42,458 nt of DNA from Octopus bimaculoides (GCF_001194135.2 NC_068985.1:73096181-73138638); one strand, 5' to 3'; shown: positions 10,481 to 21,899, numbered from the stretch's first letter. The notes: generated from the letters alone by a model not told the origin. Translations and numbers: made by a program.

Positions 10481-11122
10481 GCCGGTTTACATCTCTCTAT
10501 TTCTTTAGATGTGTGTGAGTGTGTGTGCGTATGTGTGTGTGTGTGTGTGTGTGAGTCGTCACAAAAAGTATGTATTCACACACATACACCTTCACATAGT
10601 CAGACACATATACACTTCTCAGTCATCGGCCTAAAGTGGGTAACGAACGCGCAAACACACACACACTGACAGACACATGCACACTCATATAGAGAATGTG
10701 ACCTCGTGGTGGTGATATAAAATGTCGTTTACGATAGTTAACTTATAGAAAGATTACAATGTTGAATTTTTGTAATGCAAATATGTAAATGAAAATGAAG
10801 TTTATTTGATAGCCGAAAGATTACTGAATCTTTTGATACCCCATACGTCAAAATCGGCAACTAAGTTTTCGAATGCATAAGGAACATACGCACGCCTATA
10901 TACACACAAACTCTGCTTTATATATATATATATATATATACACAGACAAACACACACAAGCATACATACGCGCGCGCACATACACACACGTGCATATATA
11001 TAAATAACTGTAACATCCAACATATATTTTTATTTCCCTTTATACTTCCTATATCTCTCCCTTTCCAAAATAACTTTTTAGATTGAACTTTACTATTTCC
11101 TTCTATTTAACTCTCTCATATC

Positions 11123-11170
11123 GTCTCTGTTGAAGGGATATCCTTTATATCCCTGAAGTAGCTGTAAGAC
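11123..11170 (+). ncRNA. Candidate minimal hammerhead ribozyme with CUGUUGA core (decayed)
   Basis: Stem I GTCT/AGAC, core CTGTTGA, 7-bp stem II AGGGATA/TATCCCT, GAA, then GT-AGCT-GT-A. Two transitions would restore the palindrome AC-AGCT-GT with a GUA cleavage site. Confidence 0.45.
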
Positions 11171-11256
11171 TACCTTTCCCTTTATAAATGTCCAAGAAAT
11201 TTCATACTGCCTAGGTTTTGTTGTCACATTTTATTTAACACACACACACACACACA

Positions 11257-11302
<46 letters not shown>

Positions 11303-11901
11303 NNNNNNNNNNNNNNNNNNNNNNNNNNNNNNNNNNNNNNNNNNNNNNNNNNNNNNNNNNNNNNNNNNNNNNNNNNNNNNNNNNNNNNNNNNNNNNNNNN
11401 NNNNNNNNNNNNNNNNNNNNNNNNNNNNNNNNNNNNNNNNNNNNNNNNNNNNNNNNNNNNNNNNNNNNNNNNNNNNNNNNNNNNNNNNNNNNNNNNNNNN
11501 NNNNNNNNNNNNNNNNNNNNNNNNNNNNNNNNNNNNNNNNNNNNNNNNNNNNNNNNNNNNNNNNNNNNNNNNNNNNNNNNNNNNNNNNNNNNNNNNNNNN
11601 NNNNNNNNNNNNNNNNNNNNNNNNNNNNNNNNNNNNNNNNNNNNNNNNNNNNNNNNNNNNNNNNNNNNNNNNNNNNNNNNNNNNNNNNNNNNNNNNNNNN
11701 NNNNNNNNNNNNNNNNNNNNNNNNNNNNNNNNNNNNNNNNNNNNNNNNNNNNNNNNNNNNNNNNNNNNNNNNNNNNNNNNNNNNNNNNNNNNTTAACTGG
11801 CTATATCCCAGAAAACTGTGCTCCAGCAAAGCCTCAATGAGAAGAGAAGACTGCCTTATTATCTATATCTGTCCTTCCATCTTTTTAACAACGATTTTGT
11901 T

Positions 11902-11959
<58 letters not shown>

Positions 11960-12201
11960 CATATGTTTGCTTGCAGAGAGATCGAGAGAAAGAAAAAGAG
12001 TGAGAGAGTGAGAAGGAAAGACAAAAAGAAAAAAAGAGACATGCGAGAGAGTAAAAGGGAGAGAGAGGGAGAAGATAAGGGGAGAGAGAGTGGGTTATAG
12101 AGAGTGAAAATGGAGAGAACCGGAGAGAGAGAAAAAGGGAGAGGGAGAGAGAGAGAAATGGGGGAGAGGTAGAGAGGGAGAGAGAGAGAACAGGGGGAGA
12201 G

Positions 12202-12244
<43 letters not shown>

Positions 12245-12350
12245 GAGAGAGAGATAGAAAACGGAAGAGAGGTAGAGAGAGTGAAAAGGGAGAAAGATAG
12301 AGAGAAGGAGAGAGAATGAATGAAAGAGAAGAAAAGAGATAAAACAGAGA
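11902..12350. repeat. (CTAT)n followed by a long GA-rich purine tract
   Basis: Direct reading. Confidence 0.95.
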
Positions 12351-12733
12351 GAGACGACTAACGAAATACAGAAATGTGTTTGTAAACGAATCATGTATTT
12401 GGTATGAGAAATATGATCTGAAATATAGCGACTGACATCATTTGGCGTGAAAAATAACTCCATTAAACAAATGGAATATGAGAGATTTGATAGACCAGGG
12501 GATAGGAAGAAACATTTAGTGACTTACCAATGACTAGTTTCAGTCCCCATGGAATACAGTCACTCTGCATAGATTCTCAACGATATAGTCAGCAGTAATG
12601 GATTCACATTTAAGTGCTTCTATTTTAGATTTCTTTGTTAAAAGTTCAACGAATTAAAATGTATACTGGAAGCATGTGCGTCTCAGTCCGATGTTTACCT
12701 ACGTACAAGCATACGTACGCACGCACACACACA

Positions 12734-12801
<68 letters not shown>

Positions 12802-13371
12802 NNNNNNNNNNNNNNNNNNNNNNNNNNNNNNNNNNNNNNNNNNNNNNNNNNNNNNNNNNNNNNNNNNNNNNNNNNNNNNNNNNNNNNNNNNNNNNNNNNN
12901 NNNNNNNNNNNNNNNNNNNNNNNNNNNNNNNNNNNNNNNNNNNNNNNNNNNNNNNNNNNNNNNNNNNNNNNNNNNNNNNNNNNNNNNNNNNNNNNNNNNN
13001 NNNNNNNNNNNNNNNNNNNNNNNNNNNNNNNNNNNNNNNNNNNNNNNNNNNNNNNNNNNNNNNNNNNNNNNNNNNNNNNNNNNNNNNNNNNNNNNNNNNN
13101 NNNNNNNNNNNNNNNNNNNNNNNNNNNNNNNNNNNNNNNNNNNNNNNNNNNNNNNNNNNNNNNNNNNNNNNNNNNNNNNNNNNNNNNNNNNNNNNNNNNN
13201 NNNNNNNNNNNNNNNNNNNNNNNNNNNNNNNNNNNNNNNNNNNNNNNNNNNNNNNNNNNNNNNNNNNNNNNNNNNNNNNNNNNNNNNNNNNNNNNNNNNN
13301 NNNNNNNNNNNNNNNNNNNNNNNNNNNNNNNNNNNNNNNNNNNNNNNNNNNNNNNNNNNNNNNNNNNNNNN

Positions 13372-13417
<46 letters not shown>

Positions 13418-15439
13418 CTCACATGCATACATATATACGTACATATATATATTCTGTCTATATTTGTGCACATATGTGTTCGCGCGTGTGTGTATGTGTG
13501 TGTGCGTGTGTGCTTATGTGCGTGCGCGCGCGTCTACACCTACATTTGTCAGTGTGTTGCTCACGCAGGTTGTGTGCATATAATGTATATAAAAGCCACA
13601 TACAAGGAAGTAAATTCATAAAGTCGTTAGAGCGTTAATTGTGATTTGGCAAAGTCATTAGTGCATTGTGCTGAATATCGTGCAATATCTCTTCTGGCTG
13701 CCAGTCATATGTTCAAATTCAACCAGAATTAACTTTGAAGGTTATCGAAGAGGTTGTTTTACGAAATATGCCCTAGCTCTTAGCGTTCTTACGTCAAAGT
13801 TCGTGACAGCTCTTGTACCAAGCTATATAAGCTCTTGACTTACCTTTGAAACGAGGTAAGCTCTTTAGATTGCCTCGGTGCCATAAATAAGTGAGGCTTG
13901 TATGCATGGGCAGCTACTGGACTCTTTTAAAATAAAATAACCTTTACTCAGGCCTGCACTTTAGAAAGAAAGTTTTTAGAAGCAAATCTGTTGTTTCAAG
14001 TCCTAAACATCAACGTCTGACTAAATATGTCGAGGGTGAATCACTGGAACATATTTTGGCTGCGTGAATGTAGTCCTTATACTTAATATTTGACTCTCGT
14101 GTTAAGTAATGAAATCTTCACTGTTGAATTAAGCAGTAATGGTCACTGTATGAAAGTTATCCATAAAGTATATTCTGTGAAAATAATCTTTGATAGCTGA
14201 CTGTCGTAATTGGTGTATAAGATTGGTGAAGGTACTTAATAAAACGACCAAACAACGTCTAAATCTTATTGCATGGTCTGAGAGAAGAGAAAAAATAGTG
14301 AAAAATACGGGAGGAGGAAACGAGGAAACAATGACTAGTGAAAAATAAGTGAGGTTGCAGTTACAAAGTAAAACAGGTAGGAATGGCTGAGTTAATAGGT
14401 TTCTCGTTGTTATTGAAGCGTTATAATTTGGCGTTGGTATTTTTCTCTGTTCATGTCTAAGGTACTTCATTCTCGCTTGTTCAGTCACGCTAATATGAAT
14501 TTTGTGAGAATATAACATGAATTCTAAGTGTTCCGTTAATTTGTGGGTCTAATTTGCTCTCTACTCGTGGATATAATTTGGAGAGTTATGAATCACGTCA
14601 AAGTGACGTTGTGGATGCAATTAGAATACAGACGAAACCTCCAGTACTATCTCAGCGCGTGCAGAACCTATCATTACTTAATGCAGGTACATAAATTTCA
14701 TCAGTTACTCTGACATCAGTGACTGAAATTGGATTTGCGTCTCTTATGTAGCAGATAGAATTGTAACGTTGTTAGATACGCGGTATGCTAGAAATAAGTT
14801 TGGTGCTTTCCCTTTCAGGGGATTAGAACGAAAAAGAGTCGGGGTCCATTTAAATATCCTGATTCCATTTAAATATCCAAAGCACATTCCCAGTAAATAA
14901 CAGCATGGCGATTAAGTAACCATGTAATTAAAGGGTATTGGGTTGTTACTGAGTTTATATTGAGTTAATTCAAAGTTTGGTAATAAATTTCCATCCAATT
15001 TACAGTTCAGTTATATATTGCCGTTTAGTTTAAAGCTTGGATATATATTCTCATATTTGAACTTTGGGCAACGTTTCTATAAAGTTGTATATTCTTTAAC
15101 AAATAAACCAATGAATTACTTTGGTATTAGTTCAATACTTAATTAAATACAGTCGTAATATACATTTTGATTTTTATCATCTCAAACACTTTGAGATGAT
15201 AATGAAGTTATTTCAACTTTAGAAGACTAAGCTTACAACTGTGAATTTGAAGAGATTTCAATAACCTCCCGCAGTGTGAATATGAAATCACGTAGAAAAA
15301 TGGTGGGCAAAGACGGAAAAATCTCATGAGCAACATTTGGAAGCAAAAATATTTGAATTTGTTTAATAATGCAAAGGAAGTTGGACGGCTCTTTTTAGCG
15401 TGTTAGGCAAATTTCCTCACAGAAATTTGTTACTGACTA

Positions 15440-15510
15440 TTGAGTTCTCAGTTCAAATTCAGCAGAGGTCGACTTGACCTCTCATTTTCAGTTGGATAAA
15501 ATAAAGTACT
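15440..15510 (+). mobile_element. SINE internal fragment (Deu/Nin-like)
   Basis: GAGTTCTCAGTTCAAATTCAGCAGAGGTCGACTTGACC...GATAAAATAAAGTAC. Confidence 0.7.
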
Positions 15511-15632
15511 TGTCAATTTCTTTGAAACGATGTAATTGACTAGACTTTGATTCTCCAAGAAATGTATGGCCTTGTGCTAAGAAAAAAATCCATAATTTAA
15601 TAGACCATCAGTACAAAATTAAGGAATTTTCA

Positions 15633-15687
15633 ATGTGTTTTATTCTCATTTTCTTGATAAATGCAATGGCAATCCAAGAGTTAACAG
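15633..15687 (+). CDS. Speculative signal-peptide-like coding exon (MCFILIFLINAMAIQELT-)
   Basis: ATG at 15633, a hydrophobic stretch, and a CAG|GTGAGC donor in phase 1 at 15687/15688. No homology is recognised and it could be chance. Confidence 0.2.
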
Positions 15688-15792
15688 GTGAGCCTTGCTG
15701 GGCCTGTGCTGTAAAGATGTATCCATACAGAGTGTTATTGATTTTTATTTTGTATTTACTATAACTTTCCAATATTGCCTTCTTAACTAGAA

Positions 15793-15872
15793 CTGCGAGC
15801 TGACAGAATCCTTGGCATGTCAAGCAAAAGGCTTAGCGGCCTTTCGTCCGTTTTAACGTTCTGAGTTCAGAA
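15793..15872 (+). mobile_element. SINE 5' head fragment
   Basis: GCGAGCTGACAGAATCCTTGGCA...GCTTAGCGG...TTCGTCCG...ACGTTCTGAGTTCA aligns with 32435-32520. Confidence 0.8.
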
Positions 15873-16084
15873 AAATAACACATCCTTGTTTACTTATTTA
15901 CATTTTTACTTGTTGCATCCATCGGATTGTGACCTTACTGAGGCACCAGTTCGAAGAGCTTTAGACGAATGAATCAACGCCAGTATTTATTTATATTTTC
16001 CCTTATAAACCTGGCATTTATTCTATCAATCTCTTTTGTCAAGCTGCTAATTTACGGGGACATAAACACACCACAAACACACAG

Positions 16085-16245
16085 ACACACACACACATGC
16101 ATATACGACAGGCTTCTTTCAATTTCAAGTTTGGTCGGCGTAAGGCCATAGAAACAATATACTTACACAAGGTGCCACGTAGTAGGACCGAACCCGAAAC
16201 CATACGGTTGGGAAGCAAACTTCTTGGCACACGACACACCTATGT
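16085..16245 (-). mobile_element. CORE-type SINE with tRNA-like head, internally deleted
   Basis: Minus strand reads AAGAAGTTTGCTTCCCAACC.TATGGTTTCGGGTTCGGTCC...CGTGGCACCTTG. Confidence 0.8.
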
Positions 16246-16534
16246 GTTTTGCTCTTAAAGGACTAATATATCTATACATATTATAGTAATTTTAGTCCTT
16301 TAAAAGCAAAAAACTGTTATATTCGTTAATATGTGATTTTATAGTCTATTGTGGCCACTTCTATCACCGAGCTTGTCGAGGAGAGGAATACACTGCATCT
16401 TTGAGGAGTATACAACTTTCGGTGTGCTTTTAACATGGCTTAGATGTTTCTCCCATGACGTAATTGCTTCATTTCCAGCACATAGTCTCAGATCAAGTTA
16501 TCGAACGAGTATAACCACGATATGTATCTATGTA

Positions 16535-16565
<31 letters not shown>

Positions 16566-16582
16566 GTAGGTATGATTATATG

Positions 16583-16614
<32 letters not shown>

Positions 16615-16639
16615 CGTATGTATTTATCTATATATATAT

Positions 16640-17000
16640 CTTATTAGATAATAAATCGAATGCTATAAACCTGGTAACTTACCGGTAAAGCACGTTCACT
16701 TTCACAGTGTTCGTTGGCCATTTAATTAATGAGAGAGATGGAAGATGGAAGATATAAGAATGTTTATTAATCACCGCAATTGTTTCAATCCATCTAGTAT
16801 TGATCCCTCACGGGAGGGATACTTCACAACTGTTTTAGGAGTATCCGACGGTGTAGATGTGTCTCTTCAGGTGATTTACAAGATATATCTCGATAAAATA
16901 ACGACTGTTCTGCAAGATATCTTCTCGGTTTGTGTATAGAAAAGCAACAAATTAAAGGATACAGGTTCATTTTTATTTAAGACCAGCAGAGATACCTGGT
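16640..17000 (-). mobile_element. PLE 3'/pseudo-LTR fragment, copy C, ending at (TA)n
   Basis: Homologous to 8990-9400. The upstream translation SLLVLNKNEPVSFNLLLF resembles a PLE endonuclease C-terminus. Confidence 0.65.
16769..16876 (-). ncRNA. Type I minimal hammerhead ribozyme motif with extended helix II (copy C, cleavage site decayed)
   Basis: Perfect 6-bp stem I AATCAC/GTGATT, CTGAAGA (16870-16864), 77-nt helix II, GAAAC-AATT-G then CG in place of UH. Confidence 0.65.
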
Positions 17001-17029
17001 GGTGCTCTGGATTAAATTGACATAGTTTT

Positions 17030-17302
17030 TGCTGTTTTCACTTGTTTCAGTCATGTGACTGCAGCTATGCAGGAGCATCACCTTTGATAGAACAACTCGA
17101 TCCCAGGATTTATTCTTTGTGAGCCTAGTACTTATTCTATCGATGTCTTTTGCCAAACCGCTACGTTACGGGGACGTAATCACAGCAACGTCGGTGGTCA
17201 CACACACACACACATAAATATGCACATATATACGACAGTCTACTTTCAGCTTCCGTGTACGAAATTCTCTCACAAGGCTTTGCTCGGCATGAGGCTATAG
17301 TA
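17030..17302 (-). mobile_element. CORE-type SINE 3' two-thirds
   Basis: Reverse complement of the 7450-7750 architecture, including the internal (CA)n and the tail. Confidence 0.85.
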
Positions 17303-18331
17303 TATATATATATATATATGTACAGAGAGAGAGAGAGAGAGNNNNNNNNNNNNNNNNNNNNNNNNNNNNNNNNNNNNNNNNNNNNNNNNNNNNNNNNNNN
17401 NNNNNNNNNNNNNNNNNNNNNNNNNNNNNNNNNNNNNNNNNNNNNNNNNNNNNNNNNNNNNNNNNNNNNNNNNNNNNNNNNNNNNNNNNNNNNNNNNNNN
17501 NNNNNNNNNNNNNNNNNNNNNNNNNNNNNNNNNNNNNNNNNNNNNNNNNNNNNNNNNNNNNNNNNNNNNNNNNNNNNNNNNNNNNNNNNNNNNNNNNNNN
17601 NNNNNNNNNNNNNNNNNNNNNNNNNNNNNNNNNNNNNNNNNNNNNNNNNNNNNNNNNNNNNNNNNNNNNNNNNNNNNNNNNNNNNNNNNNNNNNNNNNNN
17701 NNNNNNNNNNNNNNNNNNNNNNNNNNNNNNNNNNNNNNNNNNNNNNNNNNNNNNNNNNNNNNNNNNNNNNNNNNNNNNNNNNNNNNNNNNNNNNNNNNNN
17801 NNNNNNNNNNNNNNNNNNNNNNNNNNNNNNNNNNNNNNNNNNNNNNNNNNNNNNNNNNNNNNNNNNNNNNNNNNNNNNNNNNNNNNNNNNNNNNNNNNNN
17901 NNNNNNNNNNNNNNNNNNNNNNNNNNNNNNNNNNNNNNNNNNNNNNNNNNNNNNNNNNNNNNNNNNNNNNNNNNNNNNNNNNNNNNNNNNNNNNNNNNNN
18001 NNNNNNNNNNNNNNNNNNNNNNNNNNNNNNNNNNNNNNNNNNNNNNNNNNNNNNNNNNNNNNNNNNNNNNNNNNNNNNNNNNNNNNNNNNNNNNNNNNNN
18101 NNNNNNNNNNNNNNNNNNNNNNNNNNNNNNNNNNNNNNNNNNNNNNNNNNNNNNNNNNNNNNNNNNNNNNNNNNNNNNNNNNNNNNNNNNNNNNNNNNNN
18201 NNNNNNNNNNNNNNNNNNNNNNNNNNNNNNNNNNNNNNNNNNNNNNNNNNNNNNNNNNNNNNNNNNNNNNNNNNNNNNATATATATATATATATATACGT
18301 ATATATACGTAAAGCTAGAACTTCCCAACAC

Positions 18332-19380
18332 GTATATATAGCTGAACATTTGTAGAGATGAGCCACATTTGGAATAAAGAATGCAAATTATCCACTTTAC
18401 CTTCAAACATACAATTTTGGAAAGAATCTCTTGATAAAGTGTGTGTATTTGTGTATGTATGTGTGTGTGTGAGTGTGTGTGTGTGTGAATGTGTGTGAGT
18501 GTGTGCGTGCGTGTGTGTGCGTGTGTTTGTCCATGTGTTTTTGTGTTTGGCAACATGTCCATGTTTATACTGTGTAACTTCGATCACGCCTCTTTCAATT
18601 TCATGTTTTTACATTAGTATAACTCTTATAAACTAGAAAAACGTGCAAGAATCCACAGGCAACATATCTGACAAGAGGAATTACGCACTATTCCATTAAG
18701 TAAACATCTGGAAATATGCAGCGACGGAAAAAGTCAAAATTTTTCCCTTTTACAAATGTGTACGGGACCATCCGCCATACCGAAAAGCAATAGAACTATA
18801 TTTTATCAAAACATTCTCTCGAAAATTGAACGTTTGAAAGAAAAACGGAGACAGTACATTTTGTATTCTAACTATATAACTCAAATATCGGAAACATAGT
18901 GCTCATCTATGAAAATATTCAGGTGTATATGTGTGGCATTGAGATGTTCTGAGCTTTGCGTGTTTTTCTAGTTTGTAAGTATTATAATGTTCTCTAATGC
19001 AAAAACATAAAATTGAAAGAGGCTTGATCGAAGTTAAACAGTATAAACATGGACATGTTCCCTAACACATACACACACGCTCACAGGCACAGGCACCCTC
19101 CACACACTTCATCAAGGGATTCTCTCCAAAATTGTGTTTAAAGGTAAAGTGGAGAATTTGCATTTTTTATTCCAAGTGTGGCGCATCTCTACAAATGTTC
19201 AGGTATATATATAAATATATATACATTATTTTATTTATTTATTTATTTAAAAAAATTTTAATTTGCAAATATTATACCAATATTTTTTCATGCAGATCTA
19301 CATTTCATCAAAAAATTCTCTCCAAAATTGAATGTTTGAAAGAAAAGGGGAGACAGTTCATTTTGTATTCTAAATGTAAC
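18332..19380. repeat. Fold-back region: roughly 300-bp inverted repeats (18332-18650 vs 18950-19210) plus direct copies of an 80-bp module
   Basis: CTGAACATTTGTAGAGATG.GCCACA.TTGGAATAAA.AATGCAAATT.TCCACTTTACCTT and AACATGTCCATGTTTATACTGT.TAACTTCGATCA.GCCTCTTTCAATTT occur in both orientations. Module copies lie at about 18800-18875, 19108-19180 and 19305-19378. Confidence 0.92.
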
Positions 19381-20140
19381 TAAAAGAAGAGAAAAAGAAA
19401 GAGGAAAAAAGAAGGAAAGAGGAGAAAAAAGGAGAAAAAGAAAAGAGAAGAAAAGGAAAAAAGGGAGAAGAGAGAAAGAAAGCAAAAATACTTTCAGTGA
19501 TGACCACACCGCACATGTTTTTTTTTCTTTCTTTAAGAGATCACCATCCTTAAACATTCCAATACAATGGTAAATGACTAAATAAATAAATAAATAAATA
19601 AATGGTGAATAGGANNNNNNNNNNNNNNNNNNNNNNNNNNNNNNNNNNNNNNNNNNNNNNNNNNNNNNNNNNNNNNNNNNNNNNNNNNNNNNNNNNNNNN
19701 NNNNNNNNNNNNNNNNNNNNNNNNNNNNNNNNNNNNNNNNNNNNNNNNNNNNNNNNNNNNNNNNNNNNNNNNNNNNNNNNNNNNNNNNNNNNNNNNNNNN
19801 NNNNNNNNNNNNNNNNNNNNNNNNNNNNNNNNNNNNNNNNNNNNNNNNNNNNNNNNNNNNNNNNNNNNNNNNNNNNNNNNNNNNNNNNNNNNNNNNNNNN
19901 NNNNNNNNNNNNNNNNNNTTGAATAATAACAATAAATGGAGCAAAACGCATATAAATAAATGTTCCTTTAATTCCTACACATGTTTCAAAATATATGTGT
20001 GCTCTCCTCCAAAGAAGTAAGAGCTGCTGGAATTCCACATATATTCATCGTCAGGGAATCAACATATAAAAGCAAGACAAATGCGTAATGATGAGGTAAC
20101 TTACAAGCTATAATATTACATGGCCAAGTAAGTGACCGTT

Positions 20141-20202
20141 AGAAGTAAGAACGCTTGTTTACATAGAGTTATAACTCTATGTAAACAAGCGTTCTTACTT
20201 CT
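20141..20202. repeat. Perfect 62-bp spacerless palindrome
   Basis: AGAAGTAAGAACGCTTGTTTACATAGAGTTA|TAACTCTATGTAAACAAGCGTTCTTACTTCT. Confidence 0.98.
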
Positions 20203-21113
20203 GAGATAATATTAATATATACATAAACTAATANNNNNNNNNNNNNNNNNNNNNNNNNNNNNNNNNNNNNNNNNNNNNNNNNNNNNNNNNNNNNNNNNNN
20301 NNNNNNNNNNNNNNNNNNNNNNNNNNNNNNNNNNNNNNNNNNNNNNNNNNNNNNNNNNNNNNNNNNNNNNNNNNNNNNNNNNNNNNNNNNNNNNNNNNNN
20401 NNNNNNNNNNNNNNNNNNNNNNNNNNNNNNNNNNNNNNNNNNNNNNNNNNNNNNNNNNNNNNNNNNNNNNNNNNNNNNNNNNNNNNNNNNNNNNNNNNNN
20501 NNNNNNNNNNNNNNNNNNNNNNNNNNNNNNNNNNNNNNNNNNNNNNNNNNNNNNNNNNNNNNNNNNNNNNNNNNNNNNNNNNNNNNNNNNNNNNNNNNNN
20601 NNNNNNNNNNNNNNNNNNNNNNNNNNNNNNNNNNNNNNNNNNNNNNNNNNNNNNNNNNNNNNNNNNNNNNNNNNNNNNNNNNNNNNNNNNNNNNNNNNNN
20701 NNNNNNNNNNNNNNNNNNNNNNNNNNNNNNNNNNNNNNNNNNNNNNNNNNNNNNNNNNNNNNNNNNNNNNNNNNNNNNNNNNNNNNNNNNNNNNNNNNNN
20801 NNNNNNNNNNNNNNNNNNNNNNNNNNNNNNNNNNNNNNNNNNNNNNNNNNNNNNNNNNNNNNNNNNNNNNNNNNNNNNNNNNNNNNNNNNNNACATATAT
20901 ATATATATATAAAATTCAAATTACGATGAACGTAAACAGACAAACGAAGTTTGCTTTCAGAAGCGTTGAGATGTCTTAGAAAGTTAAAGAAGTGATTTTA
21001 AATTCTCAAACGCAGGATAATGTTAATAATATAGCCTGAACAGGATAAACTACCCCTATTTTGCATAGCCACTACACATGCTTTATTTTCGCTCCCTGTT
21101 TCTTTCTATGTTC

Positions 21114-21149
21114 CTTTCTGTGGAAGAGCGTAGGCTCGAAACTTTAAAG
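21114..21149 (+). ncRNA. Candidate ultra-minimal hammerhead ribozyme with CUGUGGA(A) core (decayed)
   Basis: Stem I CTTT/AAAG, CTGTGGAA, stem II GAGC-GTAG-GCTC, GAAAC, then TTT. One change would give the self-complementary ACGT plus the cleavage nucleotide. Confidence 0.45.
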
Positions 21150-21269
21150 ACTTTTTCACTTCCCGAGTATTAAACTAATACGTCTGTTTGTTGTCTACAC
21201 CACCTGTCTTTGTCTTTTGTTTCTTTTTGTGAATTCTCCCCCACCCCTATATATATACATGTATATTTT

Positions 21270-21576
21270 AGTGAAACTATTAAAAGTGAAAGAATAACAG
21301 TGAAACAATATAAAAGTGAAACTATTAAAAGTGAAATATTATAAAAGTGAGACTGTTTATAACTTACTCCGTAGAAGGTTTCACTTTTATTTTTCGAGTT
21401 TTGAGACGTAATACGGGACCAATACCAATGTTGCATTGTTTTAATCCCCCCAAAATTACATGCTGGCACTCACAGGGTCTCATAGTATTATCATGTAAAA
21501 TTTGATTTGATTTGGCTGAGCCGTTTGAGAATGCATTGGAAACACAGACAGACAAAGGATTTTATATATACACAGA
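21270..21576 (-). mobile_element. Putative non-autonomous Helitron-like element (5' part) with an internal 15-bp AAAAGTGAAACTATT minisatellite
   Basis: Plus-strand CATGTAAAATTTGA...TGAGCCGTTTGAGA...ACAGACAGACAAAGGATTTTATATATA resembles the 5' region of Lep1/HINE-type Helitrons from recall. The minus strand starts A|TC at 21576; the 3' end was not found. Confidence 0.5.
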
Positions 21577-21899
21577 TCAATAATAGATAACAAATTCAAA
21601 ATGTAACGAATAACAATACAGCGAAAAAGTATCAAATATAACCGCTAACAAATATGGTTGTATAAACGCCCTCGCTTACGTTGTTTGGCGCACATACACC
21701 CACTCGTGCAAACATCCACGAAAATATAAACATACGTACATGAATGATTTGGCCCACATACGCTCACATAGCGAATTAAATTGCTATTTAGTGTTTATAA
21801 GAATGGGGAGGCTAGAGTTAGATTTAATTCATCCATACCTTAAAGTAAATTATGATTGTTAATTTAGTTAGTGGTTACTGAAATTCAGTCCCATTGCTT

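Noticed and set aside
14129-14518. 129-aa minus-strand ORF in unique sequence
   Set aside because: No recognisable motif or supporting splice structure; this length is achievable by chance.
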